Part shown: positions 1-7,867 of the stretch, in pieces
Position numbering within the stretch: position 1 is the first letter of the stretch
Layout of the letters: the number at the start of each line of letters is the position of its first letter
Assembly (NCBI GenBank): GCA_963697335.1
Contig: CAVONQ010000015.1
Location: 1 to 20,372, forward strand
Length of the DNA stretch: 20,372 nucleotides
Origin: an uncultured cyanobacterium
Lineage (GTDB): Bacteria; Cyanobacteriota; Cyanobacteriia; PCC-6307; Cyanobiaceae
Direction: 5' to 3'
Notes under the pieces: generated by a model
Database searches by the model: none
What the model was told of the DNA's origin: nothing
Seen by the model: the letters and a program-made list of their open reading frames with translations, nothing else
Program-made: the position numbers and the translations under genes

Positions 1-725
1 TGGTTACGTCCTTGTGGCCCAGCAATTCCTGGATCGTGCGGATGTCCTGGCCGCGCTCCAGCAGGTGGGTGGGAAACGAATGGCGGAAGGTGTGGCAGCT
101 GGCAGCCTTGGACACGCCAGCTGCAGCGACGGCCCGCTTCACGGCTTTCTGCACGATGCTTGGATCCAGATGGTGGCGCCCCTGGGTGCCTGAGGCCTGA
201 TCGTGCCAGCGATGCGGCATTGGGGTACTTCCTTGCCAGGGCATAGGGCATCAGCACCCGGCCCCAGCCAGCGGCCAGATCCGCCTGATGCAGTCCCCGC
301 ACGCCCAGCAGATGGTGCTGCAGCTCAGCCACCAGGCTCTGGGGGAGGAGGGTGAGTCGGTCTTTACCCCCTTTCCCATCCCGCACGGTCAGTTCCCGTC
401 GCTCAAAGTCCAGATCCTTCACGCGCAGCCGCAGGGCCTCCATCAGGCGCAGCCCGCTTCCTTAGTGCAGCCCCACCACCAGGGTCTGATTCTGGGTGGA
501 GGGGCTCACCTGCAGGTCCACCGCCAGGTGGGTGAGGAAGCTGTTCACCTCGGCGCTGCCCATCTCCCGGGGATGGCGCAGGTTGTGGAAACGAAGAAAC
601 CTTCTCAACCACAGTTCATAGGTCTTCACCGTCCGCCGCGCGTAGTGGCGGGTCTGCAATTCCTCCCGTTAGCGCTGGATCAGAGCCGCGGGCTTGGGTT
701 GCTCTGGCATGGGGGCCTGCGCCAT
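1..725 (-). pseudogene. intI: Integron integrase (IntI-type tyrosine recombinase) pseudogene, runs off the left edge
   Basis: Manual minus-strand translation from ATG 725: ...[91 protein letters not shown]...[10 protein letters not shown]...ALARKYPNA, then a frameshift near 215 into [16 protein letters not shown]...[35 protein letters not shown] stops at 669-671 and 462-464. The segment normally between STQNQ and GSGLR, and the WxWxFP patch, are missing. Confidence 0.93.
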
Positions 726-762
726 GGCGACGACTCAGAGTTGCCACGGCTGCCCAGGCATC

Positions 763-2061
763 TCAGCAATCCAGTGATGTGCGCCGCTCCGCGTCGCTGA
801 TGTCCCCCCGTTCGCGCTGCCACTGGCGGCGGCGCAGCTTGCCGTAGGCCTGGCAGAACTCCTCTCCGAGGGCCTGGCGCAGGCCGGTGTCGGCGTCGAA
901 GGCATCGAGGGCCTCGCCCAGATCGGCCGGCAGCCTTGGGCAGATCTCCGGTCCCAGCGGGCCGGCGTAGTTGTCGTTGTCGTGGCGGGGCCCCGGCTGC
1001 AGCTGGCGCTCGATGCCGTCCAGGCCCGCCGCCAGGATCGCCGCCTGCAGCAGGTAGGGATGGGTTGAGCCATCGGGCAGCCGCAGCTCCAGCCGCTGGT
1101 CGTCGGGGATGCGCAGCATGTGGGTGCGGTTGTTGCCGCTGTAGCTGATGCCCGCCGGGCTCCAGGTGGCACCTGATGTGGTGGGCGGTGCCGCCAGCCG
1201 CCGGTAGCTGTTCACCGTGGGGTTGGTGAGGGCGCACAGCGCTGGCGCGTGCTCCAGCAGGCCCGCCAGGAACTGATAGGCCAGCGCCGAGAGCCCCAGC
1301 TCACCGGCCGGATCGTGGAACAGGTTGGTGTCGCCCGCCCACAGCGAGAGATGGGTGTGGCAGCCGTTGCCGGTGCGCTCGGCGAAGGGCTTGGCCATGA
1401 AGCTGGCCTTGAGTCCCTGCTGCTCCGCCAGGGTCTTCACCATCACCTTGAAGAAGGCGTGGCGGTCGGCGGTGGTGAGGGCGTCGGCGAAGGTCCAGTT
1501 CACCTCGAACTGGCCGTTGGCGTCTTCATGGTCGGCCTGGTAAGGCCCCCAGCCCAGGCCCTCCATCGCCTCGAGCAGGGGCCCGATCAGCCCGTAGCGG
1601 CGCATCAGGGCCAGTTGGTCGTAGCAGGGTTTCTCCTGGTGGTCGGCGGCATCGGCGATGCCGGCGCCATCGGCCCCCAGCAGGAAGAACTCGGCCTCCA
1701 CGCCGCTGCGCAGCTCGTAGCCCAGGGCGCTGGCCCGCTCCAGCTGGATGCGCAGCAGGCGGCGGGGACACTGGGCCATGGGCGTGCCGGCCAGCACCAG
1801 CTCGGCCGCCACCCAGCCCACCTCCGGCTGCCAGGGCAGAGGGGTGAGGCTGGCGGGGTCGGGAATCGCCATCACGTCGCCATCGGCAGGGGAGAGATCC
1901 AGCCAGGCGGCGAAGCCGGCGAAGCCCGCCCCGTCCCGGGCCATGGCCGGGATCGCCGAGGCGGGCACGAGCTTGGCCCGCTGGATGCCGAACAGATCGG
2001 TGAAGGAGATCAGCAGGAACTTGAGCTGCAGCTCACGGGCCTGGCTGGCGAGGTCGGGCAT
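763..2061 (-). CDS. glnT: Glutamine synthetase-like ligase, GlnT/GmaS (gamma-glutamylmethylamide synthetase) type, about 432 aa
   Basis: Real start MPDLASQ at 2061 inside the 697-aa ORF. Motifs FTDLFG-QRAKLVP, GAGFAGFA, GVEAEFF, DHEDANGQFE, FMAKPF, GNGCH, NSYRRL, TTSGATWSP, NNRTHMLRIP, RLELR. Confidence 0.88.
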   Translation of the reverse strand: MPDLASQARELQLKFLLISFTDLFGIQRAKLVPASAIPAMARDGAGFAGFAAWLDLSPADGDVMAIPDPASLTPLPWQPEVGWVAAELVLAGTPMAQCPRRLLRIQLERASALGYELRSGVEAEFFLLGADGAGIADAADHQEKPCYDQLALMRRYGLIGPLLEAMEGLGWGPYQADHEDANGQFEVNWTFADALTTADRHAFFKVMVKTLAEQQGLKASFMAKPFAERTGNGCHTHLSLWAGDTNLFHDPAGELGLSALAYQFLAGLLEHAPALCALTNPTVNSYRRLAAPPTTSGATWSPAGISYSGNNRTHMLRIPDDQRLELRLPDGSTHPYLLQAAILAAGLDGIERQLQPGPRHDNDNYAGPLGPEICPRLPADLGEALDAFDADTGLRQALGEEFCQAYGKLRRRQWQRERGDISDAERRTSLDC

Positions 2062-2081
2062 GGGGAGGGAATCGGGGGAAC

Positions 2082-3083
2082 TCAGGAGGCCAGGAGGCCA
2101 TCCACGATGCGGCGCAGCTGCCGCTGCTCGGGAGCGCTGCTGTGGGGATTGCCCGCCCGGTGGCCGAGCAGGGAGTGGATCAGATGGAATGCGGCGCCCG
2201 GGATCCGCTCGGCGTCGTCCGCCATGTCCTGCGGGGTGAAGTAGAGGTCGTGGTCGGCGGCCACCACGGCCGTGCGCGCCTGGATGCCGGCGAGGCCGGC
2301 TCCGAGATCGCCGCCTGCGGCCACGTCGTGGGCCAGCCAGGTGTCGAGCATGGCGATCAGGTCGCGGGGATCGTGGCGGCGGTAGTGGGGCAGCCACTGC
2401 TCCTCCACGTGCTGCTCCACCGGCATGGCGAGGCTCCGGAAGAAGGGCTGGCTGGCGGCCCAGCTCGCGTAGATCAGGGCATAGGTGCGCAGCCCCTGCT
2501 CCGGTGGCGCGTCGAAGCCCGCGCCGTTCCAGTGGCGATCGGCCGTGAGGGCCTGGCGCAGGCTGAGCAGGAACAGGCGGTTGTGGGGCGAGGTGCGGGC
2601 CGTGCCGCACACACAGCAGATCCGCTGCACCCGTTCGGGGCACTGCACCGCCCACTGGTAGGCCTGCTGGGCCCCCATCGACCAGCCATGGATCAGGGCC
2701 GGCCGCTCCACGCCGAACACCTCCGCCAGCAGCCGCTGCTGGGCGGTCACGTTGTCGCGGTGGTGCACCACCCAGCCCTGTTCGGCCAGGCCCATGGCGC
2801 CATGGCTGGGGCTGGAGGAGGCGCCGTTGCCGAACATGCCGGCGATCACCACGCACCAGCGCTCCGGATCGAACACCGGCCCCGCCAGCCAGGCCAGATC
2901 CTCCACCCGGGCGCCGTAGGAGCTGGGCACCAGGATCAGGTTGGAGCGCTCCGGGTTGGCCCGCCCCAGGGCCACGTAGCTCAGGTGCGCCTCCGGGATC
3001 ACCTTCCCGCAGCTCAAGCGGAAGTCCCCCAGGGGCAAGCGCTGCTCGGTGGGGATGGGGGCCGCTGCGCTGGCGATGCTCAT
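2082..3083 (-). CDS. Alpha/beta hydrolase, homoserine O-acetyltransferase-like fold, about 333 aa
   Basis: Start MSIAS at 3083 overlaps the upstream stop (ATGA). N-terminal LGDFRLSCG..IPEAHLSY, GNGASSSPS, nucleophile elbow GWSMG, putative Asp (DHDLYF) and His (LGHRAG). Confidence 0.85.
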   Translation of the reverse strand: MSIASAAAPIPTEQRLPLGDFRLSCGKVIPEAHLSYVALGRANPERSNLILVPSSYGARVEDLAWLAGPVFDPERWCVVIAGMFGNGASSSPSHGAMGLAEQGWVVHHRDNVTAQQRLLAEVFGVERPALIHGWSMGAQQAYQWAVQCPERVQRICCVCGTARTSPHNRLFLLSLRQALTADRHWNGAGFDAPPEQGLRTYALIYASWAASQPFFRSLAMPVEQHVEEQWLPHYRRHDPRDLIAMLDTWLAHDVAAGGDLGAGLAGIQARTAVVAADHDLYFTPQDMADDAERIPGAAFHLIHSLLGHRAGNPHSSAPEQRQLRRIVDGLLAS

Positions 3084-3997
3084 GCCGGCAGGGCCAGGGC
3101 CTTGAGGTTGCCCAGCAGCTGGCGGTGCACGCTCAGGTAGCCCCGATCCAGATGCTGGAGCCGGGGCCCGATCCAGCCATGGGCCCGGGGCAGGGCGTGG
3201 AAGGGCAACGAGGGATAGAGGTGATGTTCGGCGTGGAACGGCATGTTCCACATCAACCAGCGCACCGGCGCGATGGTGAGGGTGGTGCGGGTGTTGGCGG
3301 TGCCGTCGGCGCCGAAGCTGCAGCCGCTGTGCTCGGCCAGGAGCATGAAGCGCAGGAAGGGCTGGCCTACCGCCAGGGGCAGCAGCCAGCTCCAGAGCAG
3401 GAAACCGTTGGCGTGGATGAAGGAGAGCACCAGCACCAGCCCGTACACCAGGACCTGCAGGCGCACCGAGCGGCGCACCTGGGGGATCACCTCGGGGCTG
3501 AGGTAGGGCAGGCCGCTCAGGTCTCCCCAGAGCAGGCGGCCATAGCCCTTCAGCTTGCCGATCCACCAGTTCCAGCCGCTGAGCTCGAGCAGATAGCCCC
3601 CGAGGCTGGTGGGCACGGGATCCTCCAGCTCCGGATCCAGGCCGGGCTGGTGGGTGAAGCGGTGGTGCCACTGGTGGTAGCGGCGGTAGAAGGTGGCGTT
3701 GTAGAAGCTCAGCACGCCGGCCCACCAGGCCACCGCGTCGTTCACCGCCCGGCTACGGAAGGCGGTGCGGTGGCAGCACTCATGCAGCGGCGCGAAGCAG
3801 GTGGCCAGGGCGATGCCGCTGATCACCAGTCCCGCCAGGCGCAGCGCTAGCGGCAGGCCGGGACTGCGCCAGATCAGCCCCGCCAGCCCGATCGTGAGCA
3901 GATGGCTGAGGAGCCGCACCACGGCAGCGGTGTTGCTGAGGGCATTGAGTTCGGCGAGGGCGGGGCGGTCGATCAGCCCGGTGCTGGAGGTGGTCAT
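3080..3997 (-). CDS. Membrane di-iron desaturase-superfamily oxygenase (MocD/rhizopine-oxygenase-like), about 305 aa
   Basis: Three His boxes HECCH, HQWHH, HAEHH; hydrophobic segments; HRTAF..R..ND, DPEL, AEH.GC, NTRT and WNMPFH motifs typical of the MocD-like subfamily. Start chosen at MTTSS. Confidence 0.85.
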   Translation of the reverse strand: MTTSSTGLIDRPALAELNALSNTAAVVRLLSHLLTIGLAGLIWRSPGLPLALRLAGLVISGIALATCFAPLHECCHRTAFRSRAVNDAVAWWAGVLSFYNATFYRRYHQWHHRFTHQPGLDPELEDPVPTSLGGYLLELSGWNWWIGKLKGYGRLLWGDLSGLPYLSPEVIPQVRRSVRLQVLVYGLVLVLSFIHANGFLLWSWLLPLAVGQPFLRFMLLAEHSGCSFGADGTANTRTTLTIAPVRWLMWNMPFHAEHHLYPSLPFHALPRAHGWIGPRLQHLDRGYLSVHRQLLGNLKALALPA

Positions 3998-4032
3998 GGA
4001 ACGAGTCCAGCAGTCCGACGGGCCGCCCTGCG

Positions 4033-4046
4033 GTAGGGGTTGAAAC
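4033..4046. promoter_or_regulatory. Candidate NtcA box (GTA-N8-AAC)
   Basis: GTAGGGGTTGAAAC, one mismatch from GTA-N8-TAC, in the divergent intergenic region. Minus-strand TGGACT (4009-4004) lies 23 nt downstream toward the desaturase-like gene. Confidence 0.45.
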
Positions 4047-4086
4047 CACGCCATGGCGGGGGGCTGTGACCATGCCTTGCCCTCCC

Positions 4087-4092
4087 TACAAT
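4087..4092 (+). promoter_or_regulatory. Candidate -10 element TACAAT for the small ORF/TIM-barrel unit
   Basis: TACAAT ends 13 nt before ATG 4106 in otherwise GC-rich DNA. Confidence 0.5.
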
Positions 4093-4105
4093 CGGGATGT
4101 CCAGA

Positions 4106-4321
4106 ATGAACACAATCCCCATGGTGTGCGCCGAACAGGTCGCGCTCGACGCCCGACCCGCCCAGGGCGATGGCGATCTGCGCCGTCAGGCGCTGGTGGA
4201 CTCCCTGCGCCATCGCTACGCCGAAGCCGTGAGCCGCGGCGATGCCGCCGCCAAGCAGGCACTCTTCCAGGAAGGCGTGTACCTGAACATTCCTCCCGAG
4301 CAGTTCGTGGGCGCCAACTGA
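4106..4321 (+). CDS. Small hypothetical helical protein, about 71 aa (start could be 4097 or 4121)
   Basis: GC3-rich codons, protein-like composition (RRQALVDSLRHRYAEAVSRGDAAAKQALFQEGVYLNIPP), fills an otherwise empty interval after a -10-like box. Confidence 0.7.
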   Translation: MNTIPMVCAEQVALDARPAQGDGDLRRQALVDSLRHRYAEAVSRGDAAAKQALFQEGVYLNIPPEQFVGAN

Positions 4322-4356
4322 GCAGGCTCCACCCCCGCGTCCAGCCTTCGACTCCC

Positions 4357-5205
4357 GTGCTGCTCCACAGCCTCTGGGGGTTTGATGGCGACCTGCCGCA
4401 GGCCATCAAGCAGGCCTCCAGCGGGGGCTTTCACGGGCTTGAGGCCAACCTCCGCCACCCCGCCCTGGCGGGTCTGGAGCCCCCGGCCGTGGCCGAGGCC
4501 CTGGCCGCCGCGGCCATGCCCCTGGTGCTCGAGCTGGTCACCGGGGGCGACTACGTGCCCCGGCTCGAGCTGGGGCCGGAACACCACCTTCGGGAGCTGG
4601 AATACCTGCTGGCGTCGTGCCCGGCCTACGCCCCACTCAAGGTGACGGTGATCACGGGCTCCGATGCCTGGAGCTGGGCTGAGCAGCAGGAGTTCTGGAG
4701 CCGGGCCATCCCCCTGGCCGAGGCCTCCGGGCAGGCGGTGAGTTTCGAAACCCATCGCTCCCGCAGCCTCCACAGCCCCTGGATGATCCAGGCCTTTCTC
4801 GAGGCCTTTCCCGGCCTGCGGCTCACGGCGGACCTGAGCCACTGGTGCGTGGTGGCTGAGCGGCTCATGACCCCCGAGCTGGCTCCCGTGGCGGCCATGG
4901 CCGCCCGCGTGGACCATATCCACGCCCGGGTGGGCCATCCCCAGGGCCCCTCGGTGGGCCATCCCTTCGCGTCGGAGTGGGCCGAGGCCCTGGAGGCCCA
5001 TCGCCGCTGCTGGCGGCTGTTCCGCCTCAGCCGCACCGGCGCCGCCCTGCCGTTCACGCTCACGCCCGAATTCGGGCCCGACGGCTACCTGCCCGAGCGG
5101 CCCTTCAGCCGTGAGCCGGTGGCCGATCTGTTGGAGATCAACACGGCCATGGCCCGCTGGATCCGCTCCGGTGCCCTCGATGCCGACGTCATCGTTCAGG
5201 CGTGA
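4357..5205 (+). CDS. Xylose isomerase-like TIM-barrel protein (sugar phosphate isomerase/epimerase family), about 282 aa
   Basis: SLWG near the N-terminus, GFHGLE, FETHR, LTADLSHW, HIHARVG, TPEFGP..Y metal-site-type motifs. GTG start at 4357 is inferred. Confidence 0.8.
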   Translation: MLLHSLWGFDGDLPQAIKQASSGGFHGLEANLRHPALAGLEPPAVAEALAAAAMPLVLELVTGGDYVPRLELGPEHHLRELEYLLASCPAYAPLKVTVITGSDAWSWAEQQEFWSRAIPLAEASGQAVSFETHRSRSLHSPWMIQAFLEAFPGLRLTADLSHWCVVAERLMTPELAPVAAMAARVDHIHARVGHPQGPSVGHPFASEWAEALEAHRRCWRLFRLSRTGAALPFTLTPEFGPDGYLPERPFSREPVADLLEINTAMARWIRSGALDADVIVQA

Positions 5206-5211
5206 GGCCCA

Positions 5212-6240
5212 TCACCGCAGGCCCATCACCTCGGCGTAGAGGCGCTGGTGCTGCAGCAGGCGCTGCTCCAGCCGGTGCGGCGGCCCCGGCGCCAGGCCGC
5301 TGCGGTAGCCCCGCTGGGCTGACTCCACCAGGCGGCGATCCTCCTCCAGGAACAGCAGCATGCTCTCCAGCCACTCGGCGGCCAGCGGGGCGTGTTCGGC
5401 CCTGCCCAGCAGCCACAGCTGCATGGCGCAGCGCTCGAGCGATAGGGGCGGGAAGCTGATCACCGCCAGCCGGCCATCGGGCCACACCAGCACATGGGTC
5501 CAGGGGGCGAGCCCGAAGGTGAGGAATTCGCCTCCCTCCATCGGGGTGGCCAGCAGGGAGCCGTGGCGGCTGAGGGCATGGCGGTAGTGCCGCACCGGCC
5601 CCTGCTCCCGGTGCAGCGTGCGCGGATGGGCGATGGCCACGTGGTAGTCGTCGAGGGTGTTGTCGTGGGCGATCTTCCAGTTGCAGGCCAGTTCGCGGAT
5701 GGTGTGGCCCAGCAGCTGCAGAGGCCGGGCCCAGGCTTCCCCCGCCTCCTGCAGCACCAGATCCAGCTGCTGCTCCAGGGGCAGGGGATCGGCGCCGATC
5801 GCCACCCAGATCAGCGGCCCGCTCACGCGGCAGGCCAGAGGTTGGAGCGGCCAGTCGGCGCGGCAGAAGGGCTCGAGGAACTCCCCTTCCCGGGCCGCCG
5901 CCCGCAGCTGGCCATCGAGGCTGTAGGTCCAGCCGTGGTACGGGCACACCAGCCGCCGGACGGCTCGGGCCTGGCCGCCCGGCTCCTGCAGGGCCACGCC
6001 GCGGTGGGGGCAGCGGTTGAGGAAGGCCCTCACCCCTTCACCGGGGGCATGGCTGAGCAGCACCGGCAGGTCCAGCAGTTCCAGCGCCAGGCTGTGGCCC
6101 TCAGGCAGGGCCGCCAGCGGCGCCACCACATGCCAGAAGCTGGGGGCGTAGCGCTCCCGCTCCCGCCGGGCGGTGGCGGCACACGCGTAGGCCTCGGACG
6201 GCAGGAAGCGGGCCGCGGCCTCGGCCGGGCTGGGGTTCAT
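5212..6240 (-). CDS. Rieske non-heme iron oxygenase alpha subunit (choline monooxygenase/GbcA-like), about 342 aa
   Basis: Rieske ligands NRCPHRG...CPYHGW; mononuclear Fe site NWK..HDN..DDYH.AIAH and EEDRRLVESAQRG. ATG 6240 overlaps the ATPase stop (ATGA). Confidence 0.9.
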   Translation of the reverse strand: MNPSPAEAAARFLPSEAYACAATARRERERYAPSFWHVVAPLAALPEGHSLALELLDLPVLLSHAPGEGVRAFLNRCPHRGVALQEPGGQARAVRRLVCPYHGWTYSLDGQLRAAAREGEFLEPFCRADWPLQPLACRVSGPLIWVAIGADPLPLEQQLDLVLQEAGEAWARPLQLLGHTIRELACNWKIAHDNTLDDYHVAIAHPRTLHREQGPVRHYRHALSRHGSLLATPMEGGEFLTFGLAPWTHVLVWPDGRLAVISFPPLSLERCAMQLWLLGRAEHAPLAAEWLESMLLFLEEDRRLVESAQRGYRSGLAPGPPHRLEQRLLQHQRLYAEVMGLR

Positions 6241-7007
6241 GCCGCCAGGGCCGGTTCGAGGCTGCGCAGGCACTGGGCCAGCTCCTCGCGCAGGGTGAGG
6301 AATTCGGGAGACACCCGCAAGTGCCCCATGTTGGTGTGGTCCAGATCCACATGGACGCTGCGCACGATCCGCCCCGGCCGTGGCGCCATGATGTGCACCC
6401 GCTGCGCCAGCAGCAGCGCTTCCTCCAGATCGTGGGTGATCAGCAGCGCCGAGAGGCCGGTGCGGTGCCAGAGCTTATGCAGGAACTCCTGCATCGACTC
6501 GCGGATCTGGAGATCGAGGGCGCCGAAGGGCTCATCCAGCAGCAGCACCTTGGGCTGGGCGGCCAGGGCCCGGGCGATCGCCACCCGCTGCTGCATGCCG
6601 CCGGAGAGCTCCCGTGGCAGCCGCCGGGCGGCATCGCCCAGACCCACCACATCGAGGAAGTAGCTGGTGCGCTCGCGGATCTCCCGCTTGGCCAGCCCCT
6701 GCAGTTCCATGCCGAAGGCCACGTTCTGGGCGGCCGTGAGCCAGGGGTAGAGGCTGTACTTCTGGAACACCATGCCCCGATCGGAGCCGGGGCCGCGCAC
6801 CACCTGCCCATCCACCGTGATCACCCCGGAGGTGGGGCGCTCCAGGCCGGCCACCAGGCGCATCACCGTGGATTTACCGGAACCTGAGCTGCCCACCAGG
6901 GCCACGAATTCGCCGGTGTTCACCTCGAAACTGATGCCATCGAGCACGCACTTGGCGGCGCGGCCCACCCCGAAGGTCTTGGACACATTGTCAACGCTGA
7001 GATGCAT
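6237..7007 (-). CDS. ABC transporter ATP-binding protein, NitT/TauT family (guanidine importer-like)
   Basis: Walker A GSSGSGKS, signature LSGGMQQR, Walker B LLLDEPFGALD, H-loop ITHD. Confidence 0.95.
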   Translation of the reverse strand: MHLSVDNVSKTFGVGRAAKCVLDGISFEVNTGEFVALVGSSGSGKSTVMRLVAGLERPTSGVITVDGQVVRGPGSDRGMVFQKYSLYPWLTAAQNVAFGMELQGLAKREIRERTSYFLDVVGLGDAARRLPRELSGGMQQRVAIARALAAQPKVLLLDEPFGALDLQIRESMQEFLHKLWHRTGLSALLITHDLEEALLLAQRVHIMAPRPGRIVRSVHVDLDHTNMGHLRVSPEFLTLREELAQCLRSLEPALAA

Positions 7008-7019
7008 GGCAGGAATTGT

Positions 7020-7847
7020 TCAGTTGGCCCAGCGGCAGGTGCGCCGCATCAGCAGGCGGAAGCCCAGATCGATCAGCAGGCCGATCAGCCCGATCACGAT
7101 CAACCCGAGGAAGATCTCATCGGTGCGCAGGAAGCGCTGGGCCAGGCTGATCCGCTTGCCCAGGCCTTCATTGGCCGCCACCAGCTCGGCCACGATCACC
7201 AGGTTCCAGGCGGAGGCCATGTTGATGCGGTAGGCATCGATCACCTGGGGAGCGATGCAGGGAGTGATCACGCGCACCAGCACCTGGGAGGTGCGGCCGC
7301 CGAGGGTGAGGGCCGTTTCCACCAGTTCGTTCGGAACGAACTTCACGGCATCCATGATCATCAACGTGTTGAAGAACAGGGTGCCGATGAAGATCAGCAG
7401 GATCTTCGGCAGTTCGCCCAGCCCGAAGTAGATGATCAGCAGCGGGATGAACGCCGGAGCCGGCATGTAGCGGATCAGGGCCATCAGGGGCTCCAGCAGT
7501 CGGCAGATCACCGTGCTGCTGCCCATGGCGATCCCCAGGGGAAGAGCCACCACGGCCGAGAGCGCGAAGCCGGCGAACACCCGGCCCACGCTGGCAACGA
7601 GGTCTGCCCAGAGCACGCCCTGGGCTAACTGGCTCTGCCCAGCGGCAATCACCCCGCCCGGACTCGGCAGGAACAGCGGATCCACCACCCCGGCGCTGCT
7701 GACGACGGTCCAGATCACCACCACGGTGAGAATCCCCGCCAGCCCCAGCACCCAAGGGTGCTGACCCAGGCGCTTCAGCTGTTCCATCGTTGGTGTTGCA
7801 GTGGGAGGGGCATCGGCCGGTGGGGCGTTGCTGGTGGGGACAGTCAT
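7020..7847 (-). CDS. ABC transporter permease, NitT/TauT family
   Basis: Multiple transmembrane helices, LPSP, RYMPAPAFIPL, EAA-like ELVETALTLGG, LVIVAELVAA..GLG. Confidence 0.93.
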   Translation of the reverse strand: MTVPTSNAPPADAPPTATPTMEQLKRLGQHPWVLGLAGILTVVVIWTVVSSAGVVDPLFLPSPGGVIAAGQSQLAQGVLWADLVASVGRVFAGFALSAVVALPLGIAMGSSTVICRLLEPLMALIRYMPAPAFIPLLIIYFGLGELPKILLIFIGTLFFNTLMIMDAVKFVPNELVETALTLGGRTSQVLVRVITPCIAPQVIDAYRINMASAWNLVIVAELVAANEGLGKRISLAQRFLRTDEIFLGLIVIGLIGLLIDLGFRLLMRRTCRWAN

Positions 7848-7867
7848 GACGGTGGGTGTGCCTCAGC

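Noticed and set aside
2062..2856. N-terminal 265 aa of the 697-aa ORF as a GS fusion domain
   Set aside because: Off-frame overlap with the hydrolase gene; Arg/Pro/Gly-rich sequence typical of GC-rich shadow frames.
3084..3725. N-terminal extension of the 547-aa hydrolase ORF
   Set aside because: Overlaps the desaturase-like gene in another frame; the ATGA junction at 3080-3083 gives a better start.
3998..4030. Possible guanidine-II (ACGR-loop) tandem hairpins
   Set aside because: Stems are too short and irregular, and lie on the wrong strand for the adjacent gene and upstream of the plus-strand -10.
6574..6581. HIP1 octamer GCGATCGC
   Set aside because: Isolated occurrence; no evident enrichment by eye. 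No CRISPR array, tRNA or rRNA was seen in the window either.
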